Source of the DNA: Raillietiella orientalis
Taxonomy: Eukaryota
Reading direction: 5' to 3'
Assembly: GCA_036172245.1 (NCBI GenBank)
Contig: JAYWIR010000004.1
Span: forward strand, 3,658,001-3,722,000
Length of the DNA stretch: 64,000 nucleotides
Shown here: positions 47,363-61,299 of the stretch, one piece after another
How the letters are laid out: every line of letters starts with the position of its first letter
Numbering within the stretch: position 1 is the stretch's first letter
The notes under the pieces: generated by a model
What the model was told of the DNA's origin: nothing
Databases searched by the model: none
Seen by the model: only the letters and a program-made list of their open reading frames with translations
Program-made: the position numbers and the translations under genes

Positions 47363-50300
47363 CGTAGTGAAGGTTGGCTGCATTTGCAATAATTCCCGTT
47401 GAAAGATAATTTCCTTGATCTTGAATGACACAAGAGTTTCGTGTGCCCTACTTAACAAGAGCATCCGACACTTCAAAAAACCGTAAAATCTCATTTTTTG
47501 TTTCCTGATGAAAATTTCTGAAATTCTCAGACAGGAAGGTTCTGTATTAATCGGATGTTGTTTGTGATCTTTGTGACTATGCAGAATATAGATAATTGTT
47601 TTGATATAAGATAGTGCTTTGAAGCTGCTTTCTGTTTTGTTGAAACACCTCGTTAATGTTCATAAACTCGAATTTCCAGTCGACCTTTGGATTTCCTTCT
47701 TATTCATAGTTTCTCAGTTCTTGAGCAAAAATTAACTCTTTTCAAGTTTTCGAAACTCGGTCAAGTCACTGTTGTAAATCATTCTTCTTTAAGGAAAATC
47801 TCTTCTTTTTAGAACGTAAAGATAGTAATTATTAAATACACTGCATAATGAGGACAAGTTCGTGTAAATGGAACCTCCAGGAGGTTTATTCAGTAATCTC
47901 AAAGAAAAGTGCAATGTAGATTTCCTTTTTTTAAAAAAAACAAAAATTTCTATTTGGTGGAATAAAGGGTAGAGAACTTCTGAGTAAGTGTGTCTCTAAA
48001 AATAGCCAAGCCGAATGTCTTTTCCGCTAGTGGCTACATATACAGCGTCGCTCAGCAGAAGATCCCAAACTCATTCATCATTGCTTATTATTTGGAAACG
48101 CACATCACTCATTACTCATCGAGTCCTTCCTATTCGTTCTTCACTACTTCAAATCAAAAACTGTTCTTGAAGGAACTCTCATGAAAGTTTTCCTTATTTT
48201 TATCGCTACACGGTGTTAATCCATGAGAAGCTCAACAGATTTTTTATCTCGAAGTCTTAGATGCCATTACATTCCTATTAAAAATAATAGTAAATCTTAG
48301 AAATGACATGCTATCGCATCTTTATAAAAAATGAAGGCGATTTATCATCATGGTTCCTGTCTCTCAGTTCACGGGTTTGAATGCAAATCTCTTACAGCTT
48401 TGGCATAGAGAAGTTAAATTAGAGCTATTTTTCAGGGTAACATCGCTCTAAGAATTTTTAACTGCATTCGCATGGGAAAATGTGAGCAAGTATAATGCAA
48501 TATATTTAAAAATTTAATTAAAGAAGACCAAGTTAAAGAAGATCCGACTATTTAAGCAATAAGAGATGAGTTTAAAAATTTTTTAAAGAATAAATTTCAA
48601 AGATTAAAAGTTAAAGTTTAGGTACGCAAAGATTCAATGATTAGATTCAAAGATTTAATTACTGCCAAAGATGTTTGAGAATGAATGCATATTTTGAGGC
48701 TAAGAGAAGATGATATTCGTCTCATCGCTAGAGGTGCTTTCAGGAATCTCTTGTGATTATGCAATGCAAACTGAAAATCCTGCAGCAATATGACTGACTG
48801 GAAAAGCACAAAATAAAATTTTTACGAGAAGAGAACAGAATAAATCAAACTACAAAATCACATAGAGAATGAAAAAAACAGATTATTTATTCCCTACAGA
48901 TGCATTGTGGAATTTAATCTGTTTTGGACCACTTGGTAGCTGTAAATAAATGTATGAAATAGGTATTTTTTTTTCAACGATGAAAATCCATGGACTGCTT
49001 TGCAAATACGAGCACACGATTTTTATTAGTACAATAACTGGGCATAATGTTTTCATGCATCCATTTATAATATCTCATATTCAAATCTTATGCATGAAGG
49101 TAACGAAATTCTAGAGATTCGTATAACGGAAAAGTGAATGCAGAAACCAGCATATAAATGCTTTTGTACTTGGTGTACGATGTTGGTTCTACGTTCACAC
49201 TAAGAAATTTAGAAATCTTAAACGGCTATTTTATTCGTAATGTATCTAGAAATCCAGAATGGAAAATTTGCTTCCTTGAAAGTTTCTCAAATCTTTTCCA
49301 GGTGCTTGAGCGGCCGCCATTATTCAAAAATCCGCATCAATAATAAGTGGTATTTTGATTTTTGCCACCATCAATAGGCAATGTCTATATAATAGTTTCC
49401 TTTTGTGTACCACAGCCTACACCAACCACTTTTCGGAATGTGGATTGCCTTAGACCGTGGAGTCACTTTCATTTGGAATGGGATGCCTTGCTTGATGATA
49501 GAGAGCTCATTCTCTTTTTAACACGTTCGAGAAAAGAATAGAGAAGAGAAAAGGTGGAAATTGCTTGAGAATTTCATGGATCACCCCCGGCACAAAGTGA
49601 AAAAAATTGTGCACCGCAATCCCAGTGAATCTCTTCCTCTGTTAAGCACTTGCATCAAGTCGGAAATCGGACTTTATCAGGAAGAATAACAAAATAAACT
49701 TGAAGAGAATAATAATATTCTATGCAGTATAAAATATTAAAGATCCTATCAAATTACCCTTCGAATATTGGAAAAGAAAAGAGGAAATCAATTGTGCTGA
49801 TTGCTTAATACATCAGAATCCTTCTGTTCTATACTTAATGCATCTGGTATAAGTGTTTGCATCCATTAAAGACTATGACTTATTTTTTTTTAAAAAACTT
49901 TGCTAAAGGAATAACCTACCCGTGCACACATTTGACTTGAGAGACATTGTGATCCCGTAGAAATTTGAATGTCGGTGAAGCATCTTGCGGTCATTTTTCT
50001 TCCTTTTTTTCCCCTCATTTTTTACGCCCTCAAATTCCAAAACGAGTTGCCTTGAATATGAAGAGTTTAATTAGAAACGAGTTTGAAGCAGAAGTTTTCA
50101 AATGCACTGCTTCGTGTGTTTCCTGAAAAGCTCTATCCTACGGTATGGGAATTTAGAACATAAAAGGAAACAGAGGAAACGTTTGGTGGGCACAAGGAAC
50201 TGGTAACGAACACCCATAAAATATGGAGAGGAGCCTGTCAAAGTAACTCTCTATAAGCTTACTACTGCATTAAAAAATTCCATCCTATGCTCTGGGGACT

Positions 50301-51900
50301 ACAACTAAAAAGTACTCATGATTGGGATATTCCAATATAGCAATGCATTCCATTTAGCAATAATTCCTATCGCTGCTGAATGAAACATGCAAGTAGCTTT
50401 TTGGTGAAACAATTAGTTCCCACTTTAATTTAACGCTCATACAAAAGTATCATTAAGATTTCCACTCCATCTGTTTCCGAACTCTTCCATTGTATAAAAA
50501 AAGATTGAGTGGAACTCACAACCTCACAATAAAAAGCCCACTCACCGCACACATTTCTTGCTAAATTGCTGGCCATCAGGAAATGAGTTAGAGACAGATA
50601 ATGTGTTTAGCTACAGAGTAGCTGTTTCTTCATACTTAACATCCTAATAATCCAACTTCCACTTCGATGAAAATGATAAACATAAGGACAATTAAATCTT
50701 TTACCAATGTAAGTTCATTATTATTTCAAAGGTTTGTTCAGCCATCCATCTCATCTTTTGGATAAAGCCCATTAGAGCTTCAGGAGACTGTAAGTTCCTG
50801 TCGAAAAAAATCAGTATAACGAAAACTGGTTGAAACAATCCATGTGGCAAAGTCGAGGAGTGTCCCCAGGCATCAGCTAGGCAGACTTCTAACACATTCA
50901 TTTCAAGTTTCTTTCAAACAAGGAAGTTCATTTTTCACATGATCATTCTAAATCACACTGAATCTGTTTTGCAGTATATACTTATATTTTAATGAATCTA
51001 TTTCCAAATCTAAGGTCTACCATACAAGTAAAGGGTGCCAAAACTAATTTTACCCTTGCCATTTAGCTTTTAGCTACTGGCACACAATCCACAAGATTTA
51101 TTAGGGACATCATAAAGATTAAATACATTCCACAGTCCCCTCTCAAAATTCCTATCCTTATCATTGCTGTCGTTAAATGCGAGAATTCTACTAATGAAAT
51201 AAATACTGCTCACATTCTGTGATATTGTTCACCGCATACTTTTCCAAATGAATCAAGAGTGGCTATCAAAACCCCATCACACGATTACAGACTCCATATC
51301 CATCGATGAGATTTGCAGTTAACGTCTGCATCCTGGTAATACAAGAAACAAAGACGTATGTGCATAACCGGATGAAAAAAAATTAAAAATTTCCCACACC
51401 TTGTACTACACGCTTGGAGGGTTCCATCCACTCAATCGCTTTCAACGACTTAATAGGCAGCTTGTGATTATCACATGCACTGCAGCCACGATGAATAGTT
51501 GATTAAAGTTTTGCATGGTATACGATTTAATATATAGGGATTATTTTGTTTTAAAGTTGTGTACAGAATTTCGTGTCTCCTTGGAATCCATCGCAAACAG
51601 AAACCCTCTCGGGCGTCTCCTTATATGGCTTGTTTTTTTGTTTCTTTATGTGGCTGAGAAAGCCTTGATGCTCTAACAATGTTCATTCACAGTGCAACGT
51701 AATTGTATGCATGAGCCCACAAAACTGCATGCGGAATTTTTTTTGGCTGACCAGTTTTTTTTGTTTGGCCCGTAGGCACATAATCTGATCTTGTGCACAA
51801 AGACGCAACCGCAGTCCGGATAACACTTGTGCTGAAGTAGCTGCAGCTTTGACGCAACTTCGTTTTCCACGTTCGGAGATTCTGCAAACAGTGACAGACG

Positions 51901-54900
51901 ATGAAGCTGCAGTTTTCCATAGATCGTGGGGGAACTTTTACCGACATTTATGCAAAATGTGTTAATAATACTAATGGTAATTTAAAGGCCCACAATAAAG
52001 AGTATTCATTAAAGTTGCTGTCACGTAATTGTTCCCGTTATGACGATGCACCCACCGAAGGCATAAGGAGAATTCTGGAGATGGTAGTATTCTAAACTAG
52101 TAAATTACATTTGGTCCATGTGATATACTATATTAACATTAATATTGGGAATTCTCAATGCATTGAACTAATGCCTCTATCTTGTTATAAGGCTACTGGC
52201 GAAACAATTCAAAAACATGAGAAACTCAAGGCTGACCTTATTGATTGGATTCGTATGGGAACAACTGTTGGTACTAATGCCTTACTTGAAAGAAAAGGAG
52301 AGAAATTTGCCCTAATTATTACAAAAGGCTTTAAAGATTTACTGTACATCGGAAATCAAACACGGCCAAAGTTGTTTGAATTGGTAATTCAGAGTTGCAT
52401 GAAAACTTTTGTACTTGAGGTGCTAATGAAAATACTGAAGCAAATAAAAGCCCTTTGTATTACAAGTCATATTATTTAGCAAACTTAAAGAAAATTAGCA
52501 TGCACTGGCACAGATAACTTTCTTTAAATATACTGGTTGAATGTGCAAAACAAACCATAGTAAACAAAAGTGCTGATTTAAGAGACATTTTTTTTTGAAA
52601 CATTATTATTCAAAAAAAAATTGCCTTTGTTTTTAGAACATAGCTGAACCTGAAATTTTGTATGAGTCGGTGGTTGAAGTTGAGGAAAGGATTATTCTTG
52701 ATAAAGGCACAGATGATTTATTCAAAGATAAACCACGAATAACAACAGTGAAAGGAGATAAGCTCATTATTTTAAAGAAACCAGACTTGGAATCTCTCAG
52801 AAAGGATTTATCTTATGTACTTTCTCAAAACATTAGAAATTTAGCTGTAGTGCTTGTTCATGGCTATTTGTAAGATGCATTCACAGAATTTGTTTTTGAA
52901 CCATCACTATATATAGATATTCTTCTCATGAGGAATTAGTGGAAGCTTTAGCCAAAGAGATGGGTTTTGAGAATGTTTATCTGTCATCTCGTGTATTGTC
53001 TATGATCAAGATGGTCCCTCGAGGACTTACAACATGTGTGGAGGCTTATTTGACTCCTTGTATTCAGAAATACCTTGGAGTAGGGTTGTGGCAAGATTGA
53101 TAAGAAATTTTAATCTTTCAATTCAGAAATTTGCGTCTGGTTTCCATGATGGTTTGCAGCATTGCAAAGTATTGTGCATGCAAAGTGATGGAGCATTGAC
53201 ACCAATGATGAAGTGAGTAATAGTGGGTCATTTTTTAATAGAGTTAAGTGTGATACTGTAGTTTTGGAGGCTCCCGGTGTGTGCTCTCTGGCCCTGCTGG
53301 AGGAGTTATTGGTGTTGCTTCAGTTTTTCACAAAATCATAGGAGAACAGCCTGCTATAGGTTTTGATATGGGAGGAACATCCACAGATGTGAGCCGTTAT
53401 TGTGGTCAACTTGAACATGTATTTGATGGTACTATAGGAGGAATTCCAATGCAGGTGTCTCAGGTAGAAAAACTTTTTCATTTTTGTATTCCTGTGAAGT
53501 TGAATGAAAGTATCCCTATAGCTAGATATTCATACAGTAGCAGCAGGTGGAGGCTCCAGATTGTTTTATCGATTTGGAATGTTTGTGGTTGGCCCTGAAT
53601 CAGCTGGTGCTGATCCTGGTCCTGTTTGTTACAGAAAAGGTGGACCTTTGACTCTGACTGATGCCAATGTATGCCTGGGTCGCATACAGCCTCAGTATTT
53701 TCCCAAGATTTTTGGACCTAAGGAAAATGAGTCCTTGGATCTTGATTTGGTTCAAGAAAAGTTTCATGAAATGAAAGAAAAGGTTAAAAATGCATTTGAA
53801 GTGTAAATGAACAATGTGTTTCAACAGTTCTGTCCTGAATGGAGTGTGGAAAAAGTAGCTCTTGGCTTTGTTCAGGTGGCAAATGAAACTATGTGTCGTC
53901 CTATTCGTTCTCTGACTGAAGCAAAAGGGTTCCTTTATTCTCAGCATGTATTGGTCTGTTTTGGTGGTGCTGGAGGCCAGCATGCATGTGCAATCGCTCG
54001 CAGTCTTGGCATGCAGCGTGTATTAGTGCATAGATATGCAGGAATTTTGTCTGCTTACGGATTAGCCTTAGCTGATGTAGTTTGGGAAGAACAGGAGCCT
54101 TGCAATCAGCACTTTCAACCAGAGACATTTGCTTTTCTGCTGGAACGTCTGAAAATTCAGGAAAAATGTTGCATCCACAAATTAAGGCAACATGGATATG
54201 AAGATGAGCAAATTTCTCCAGAATGGTTTCTTAACTTGCGTTATTCTCAAACAGACTATTCTCTGATGTGTACCTTAGGAAAGGGGATGTCTGGTGAATA
54301 TAGTGATTATTTGGCCATATTTACGAAAAGGTAAGTGAACTCTGCCAAGAAAACGTTATATGTATTTTAGATACAAGCAAGAGTTCGGCTATATTCTTCC
54401 TGATCGTGTAATTCTTGTTGATGATATCCGAGTACGTTGTATTGCTACACTGGATCTCCCAGAAGAAACTTCTCTTGGTTTGGAAGGCAGAAGCACTGAG
54501 TGTGAAAAAGTTGTTTCTGTTTATTTCGAGAATGGATACCAAGATACACCAGTTTTTTTTGCCAAGAACCTACAAGTGGAATACCATATTTCCGGACCTG
54601 CGCTCATTATAGATGACCTGAGCACTATTCTTATTGAACCAGATTGCGTTGCTTGGCTCAATCCTAAAGGTCATATTGTAATTGATGTGAATAAGTCCCC
54701 AATTAGAAAATGGGATATTCTTGTTGATCCTGTGTTGTTATCCATATTTTCTAATCGTCTAATGAGCATTGCAGAACAAATGGGCAGGTAATTGCTTGTC
54801 ATTTCTTCAAATTTGTTATCAGAATAGCATAAGTTTCTTCTAGGGTTCTTCAGCGGTCCTCAATTTCAGTTAACATCAAAGAACGCCTAGATTTCTCTTG

Positions 54901-56629
54901 TGCTGTGTTTGATAGTCATGGCGATTTAGTATCTAATGCTCCTCACATTCCTGTACACCTGGGATCAATGCAAGAAGCAGTGCAGTATCAGGTTCGCAGC
55001 CTTCAAACTGAGATTCATAAGGGTGATGTTTTGCTCACCAATCACCCGGCTGCTGGAGGCACACATCTTCCTGATCTCACTGTTATTACTCCAGTCTTCC
55101 TTGAACCTCATGCACACCCTATATTTTTTGTTGCCAGTCGAGGTCACCATGCTGACATTGGTGGCATTACTCCTGGTTCCATGCCAGCTAACTCAACCCA
55201 TATTGATGAAGAAGGCGCTGTCTTCAAGACATTTAAACTTGTTGATGGTGGACTCTTCCAGGAAGAGAAACTACTTGCTGCTCTTAATTCACCTTCCTTA
55301 ATTCCTGGATGTTTTGGAGCTCGCAAAATACAAGATAACTTGGCTGATTTGCAGGCCCAAATAGCAGCCAATCAGAAAGGCATTTATTTGGTTAATGAGT
55401 TGATTGTTACTTATGGTCTGGATGTGGTGCATGCATACATGGGTCATATTCGGAAGAATGCAGCCCAGGCAGTGCGTCATGTCTTGAAGCAAATGGGTAA
55501 AACAGTGAGCAAGGTTTTAGAGGCCTCAGATTTCATGGATGATGGAACTGAGTTGCATTTAAAGGTTACCATCGACCCAGTTGAAGGATCGGCGGTTTTT
55601 GATTTCACGTGAGTAAGCAGCATGTTCAGTTCCATGATTGGAAGTATATTAGAGGGACAGGTTACCAGGTTCTAGGAAATTGGAATGCTCCTAAAGCCAT
55701 CACCATGTCTGCCATCATTTATTGCCTACGTTGTCTTGTCAATAAAGAAATCCCCCTTAATCAGGTAACATTTTCAGCAAAGCTCTTTTTACTTATTAGT
55801 CTAGCTTCATAGGGGTGCTTAAGTCCCATAGAACTGATTCTCCCACATGGAAGTATCTTGAATCCTTCAGAAGATGCTGCAGTGGTAGCTGGAAACGTCT
55901 TAACTTCTCAAAGGATAGTAGATCTCATATTCCGCACATTTGGATGTTGCGCTGCCTCGCAAGGATGTATGAACAACATTACATTCGGCAATGAGTATTT
56001 TGGCTTTTACGAGACCATAGGTGGAGGTAGTGGAGCTGTGAGTGTTTTTCTCATGAATGCTGGAGAATGCTTTTTGTAATTTAGGGCCCTCACTGGCATG
56101 GACGTAGTGCAGTGCATACGCACATGACCAATACTCGCATTACTGATGTGGAAGTATTGGAAAAATATTTCCCGGTTATTTTGAAAACATTTGGTATACG
56201 GTATGGGAGTGGAGGTGCAGGAATCTACCATGGTGGAGATGGGATCAAGCGGGAACTTTTATTTCGAGAACCTGTTTTTTTATCGTTGCTGACGGAAAGA
56301 CGTGTTTTCCAACCATATGGCATTTGCGGTAGGTCGTAGGCCATCTGTCAGTATCATGTTTCTGTAGGAGGACAACCTGGAAAACGAGGTTTCAATCATA
56401 TACATAGGAAAAATGGCCAAGTTGTTAACATAGGTGGAAAAGCATCATTACCAGTATTTCCAGGAGTAAGTTTTATGTTCTCCTATATAATAATAAATAT
56501 TCCTATATGATAATAAAGGATGTTCTGAGCATATCAACTCCTGGTGGTGGTGGATTTGGTGAGTCACAAGCTGAGGAAGCCAGCGAAAAAAACTTAGCCA
56601 CCAAGCAGAAAGTCCAGAACACTGTATAA
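51901..56629 (+). CDS. OPLAH: 5-oxoprolinase (ATP-hydrolysing; hydantoinase A + B domains), 15 exons, ~1264 aa
   Basis: Exons 51901-52083, 52192-52383, 52637-52869, 52917-53079, 53127-53212, 53262-53463, 53522-53782, 53828-54330, 54371-54787, 54844-55608, 55653-55764, 55813-56037, 56085-56328, 56368-56465, 56519-56629, total 3795 nt in frame. Motifs [92 protein letters not shown]. Confidence 0.97.
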
Positions 56630-59600
56630 ATGCATGATTTTCGAATACTGTATTATAACCTAGCATTTATCGCAATTACACTTCGCGACTTAAATTGCTG
56701 TGTGTAGGTTTCTGCTGAAGTTTCTGATAAATGACAAATTATTAGACTAATATTTGATTACAGTAAATCGATTGCAGTGAAACCGAAAATAAGGCCAATA
56801 AACTGATTCAATAAAGCGGGTGAATATTTTGCTTTCCGGCTGGTCTTTGAAACAAGTGTGCTTATTTGACTTTATTAGTGGATTGCTAGTTGCTAGTCAT
56901 TCAATCCTGATGTAATGTGTGCTCTTTGTATGTTTGAAGGTTCACAGAAATTAAAAACGGTAATTATTAATAAATAATTTATCAATTGATGAATCAACAA
57001 ATACAAATATCAGCAAGAATCAAAAGCACAGCCAATACATCTACTTGATCATCAGTAGGAGGACAGGATTGTCATGAGGATTGAAATTTGGCGCCGCGCT
57101 CCGTAAGCTTGCAGTGACTCCGTCTGACGCTGTGTATATTCGAAGTAGGTTTTCTGTCTGCAAAAATCTGCATTTCCAATGAATTTTAGAACATCTAGGA
57201 GTTACATTTTTGTGAAAAAGAGGCGCCAAAATATGAAAATATACGAAACACTGAAATAGCTGCCTCCCTTGATTTGAAACAACAGTTTGATTGTTCCATC
57301 ATTTCAAATCTGAAATCTTGGAAACAGGATATCAGGACATTTAAAATATTTGTATTCAAGAATTTAAAGAAGTTCTCACAGAAAGTTTTGACTGACTGAA
57401 CTTTGAGCAAGGAAGCCTAGCATCGAAGTCAGTGTATGGGAACAGAATTCACTCGTTCCATGTTCGTTATTTTTTCATTTTTAACATAGAAATGCAGCCA
57501 AATGATTCCCATAGGTTAAACTTCTTGCTAAACAATGAATACAGTATTCCTAAAATGCTAATCTCTATGTAAAGAAAGCCGAATATACTACTGAAGAAAA
57601 AAAGCTTCACTCATCAAATAAATAGGAAATGGTAAAACTTGTTTCTCCTTGATTCTAACTAGAAGTGATGAGCTCATTAAGCCAATGCAGCCAAGATGGT
57701 CCGAATGCTAATTGCCAGAAGATTGGGTAATTCTAGAGGAATCAGGTGTGGTCACTGTACAGGAACCTTGGAAATTATTGAGGAAAATTTTGAAATCAAA
57801 ATCTACGTTGTCAGCAATATTGATAGTAAGTGAATAAACACAATGATATAAGCAAGATAGGGTATGCTGAAGAAAATAATTTTAACTGAATAATGGAGCT
57901 AATTTTTCTAATTATTATGAATGTCGGTCCTGAACTTGTATTTCCTCTAGGTTCTTGGATTCTACAGGTTGCTGGGTTTTATGCACTTGCTTTTCTGTGG
58001 CTTGGGCCGGTGACGCAGATGCCGTCCGTTGTTGGTGATTACCTTTTTATTATGGCTTTTTATCTAGAATGAAACTACGAGGATTTAAAGAAACCTCGAA
58101 TCGGTTCAAAAACATTACTTTGTATCATTTAATTGCGTCGAGAAAAACTGCGATCACAGTATGGATAACATAACGTCGGCTGGTGAATGCCAAAAACAAA
58201 AAAAACGGTGCTGCTGCAATTATACTCATTTGTTAGAGCAAAAGAGACCGCCGAAAAACCAGGCTTGATACAATTTTGATTTGCAGAGTTCTATCTCGAG
58301 GCAAGAACTTAAAACACAAGAACTTTCATGTACAACTGTGTGCTGGCTTTGTATCAGACCTAGTCAAGTTTCTATGTAGATGATTTCCCAAAGTGATGTT
58401 CAAGTTGGATCTTTTGACGACTTGCTGAGGCAGAAATTCTCATACAGAACAGCATCGCCATGATGTTTCATTAATTGCCATCAATCAGTTTTCAGCTGAG
58501 TATTTCTTTCATTCTTAGTTGTAAGATACGGAAAATTCTTCGAGGGGTGAAGCACTGTGGGATTGCATCGTTGTGGGCTAAAGATGAACTTTACATTATC
58601 CTAGGACAAACAGTCGTTACATAGTAAAATAAATATATAAAGCTGATTTTGTTCCTTTTTTGCAGTAGTTAACATCACCGTTTTGCTGGTGAGTCGGTGG
58701 ATTTCATGTGAGATCTCTTGGCATTGACACTTTGCGCATAGGTCTTATAGAAATTGGAAAATGAAGAATTAATAGAAAATGGTAAAGGTTCATATTAAAG
58801 CAGTTTTAGATTACTTTTGATAATAATCTAAAGCTTGCTTTAATATTAACAATAATTTACAGGATCTCTTCATTCCCACGAATCATCAAGTACAGCAAAA
58901 CAACATGCCTACGCAAATCTCCAATCTAAACTGTTTTGTTCCTGTTTTGCTTGTTAAAGTTATTTTCATTGATTGTCTGTTAGAAAACAAAAGGGTAGCA
59001 AAGGTGATTTGGTCTGTATTAACTCTAGTATAGCATATGCATCTACAGTAGAAAGGGAAGTGACCAATAAAATTCTTCCCTCATTTTTAATTCATACCTT
59101 TTACTTTATTCCTCTGTAGAGTTTCTGACCTGAAATTCACTTGTAGCATTCATGAAAGAGAAATTAATGAACTGTTAGTTGTTTGATTTAAGTGACTGAA
59201 ACTCCTCCAATTTCCATTTCTATGGGGATCCACATCTTTTCTAAAACCTTAAGCGTTTCTGTGAAGAAGAAAGTAATGCTCTCCTTCGTGTTATTTTAAC
59301 GTGCTTTACGTCATAAAGTTAATGTTTTTTTGTTTCAACCCTCATAAATTATTTAAATCATATTTGAATTGACTTTTGAAATGTTGATTTCAAACTCATC
59401 TTGAAGACGAATCTTATCTTATATCTTATCTTATAATCTTGTATCTCGCTACGATAAATCTTAATAAGGTGAAAGAAAGGAATCCTTTATCTAGGAATAT
59501 TTTCTTTTCAATTTGTATGTCCTCATCAGAAAACTGGAGGATAAATATGTTTCTTTAATTTATGGAGGCTCATAGGATATTATCTGAGAAAATCTGGAAA

Positions 59601-61299
59601 CTGTCCCTGGCTTTATGGTTCACATGAATTTTGCAGAAAATTATCCTATTTGTCCAGGTAAAGGTTGTAATTGCCGCACTTATTATGGAAACATTGAAAA
59701 TGGGATCTTTTTGGTATTATCCAAAAGTTAATGCTAACACTATCCGGAGAGTAAAAGGAAGGAGCATCTGGGGCTCCGTTTCTAAGCTTGGAAATCTTTC
59801 TGCTGCCTTATTATTTTATTAAGATGCATCATTTCTTAAAACAAGAAGTCCGAGGGTAGTGATTCGTACCTATATTTTGTGAAACCCATCTACGATGGAG
59901 ATAAAAGAATGAAGCAACAATAGGAAATAAGAAAGAATAAGGAACTTCAATTTACGATTTCTTTTGAAAGTCGATTTAAATATTCCAAACAGGGACCAAT
60001 CACATATTATACCTCTGAATCGTTCCGGAAACTCAACTATAACTGAACGATTTTTATTTACTGTGTCCAATCAGTAATCCTGAAACTGAAAAAGTCATCT
60101 ACCGATGGTTTTTTCCGGCTCTTCAGCTCAGATGGTGAGTTTTCCGTGAGATCCGAGACAAGTAATCTCGAATTTGCGGGTATGGAGGCTGCCATGTTTT
60201 CAAGCATTGCCTGCAGCTTCAGCCCCGAGAAGTACACTCACATGGACGTTAGGGGCATCTTTCCGGGACTAGGCAAACTCATCGAATCAGAGGAAAGTTC
60301 CACGGAAGCTTGAAAGCTCAATTTGAACTACCAGGAAAAGGCGCCTTAGTTTTGATACTTTCTCTTAATCTCAATTTCGAGTGCCACTTTTCTTACATGC
60401 ATTTGCCAGCCAGCAAGGATGAGGAACAGGGTGAGACGTGTCCTGCATAACCACTTTCAATGGATAAAGACGGAGGCGAAGATTTTTCTGCTTCTTGCAA
60501 TTAGTGGAAGGTTTAGTGATTTTCTATGTACCTTCGAAACTGTGTACACTGAAGTGAACACCTTTTTGATTCACCGTACAAATCGCAGAGCATATACCAT
60601 TCCTCATTCATGAAGGCGGAACGGAGAATTTCTTCAGCAGCACAGTGTCGCAGAGATCTTTTGAGCTACCCAAGAAGGGGACGGAAGAGAGATGCTCGCC
60701 GTAGATGTGGAAATGCGTGAAAAAGTTCTTCCAGAGATCATAGGTATTTAGCACCATCAGAGAGAAGACTCACTACATGCAGAAAAATGGCCGAGCCCTT
60801 AATCGCTGCGTTCTTGCCTCCTGCACGCGATTTTCACCATGAAGCGTCAACAACTGTGCGGATCCAGTGAAGAGCAGGTGCATCGTACGCAACGTCTTCG
60901 CTATATGATGCCATCCTGTGATCCCAAGAAACGACATCAGTTGAGTCAAAGTACCACAAAGGATTCAGAGTGTCCCATGAGGTCTCAACTGTCCATCAAG
61001 TACGGTACCCAGCTCTCAGGAAAGGAGTGGCAGTCTTCTTGGAAAAACCGGACACCGTTCTGGACATGGTTGCCGTAGTTCTGTTTGGTACTTGGAGTGG
61101 ATGAATACTTGGATCAGGGACGTTTTTTCTCTCAGTCAATCTGGACCTTTGTTGGAAGACGATACTTACAACAAAGCGGTTGAAATGGAAGAAAGCCATT
61201 TGTCCGCAGAGGGAGGGCAATCCCACTACTTCGGCGAATCCCCTGAGTTAGTCGATGCTCAGGAGCACTTTGCCAGAGAAGTTCACGCAGGGAAAAAGG

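Noticed and set aside
8380..56518. Non-canonical (GC-AG, AT-AC, U12-type) introns
   Set aside because: All junctions resolve as GT-AG, and none has the U12 donor RTATCCTT.
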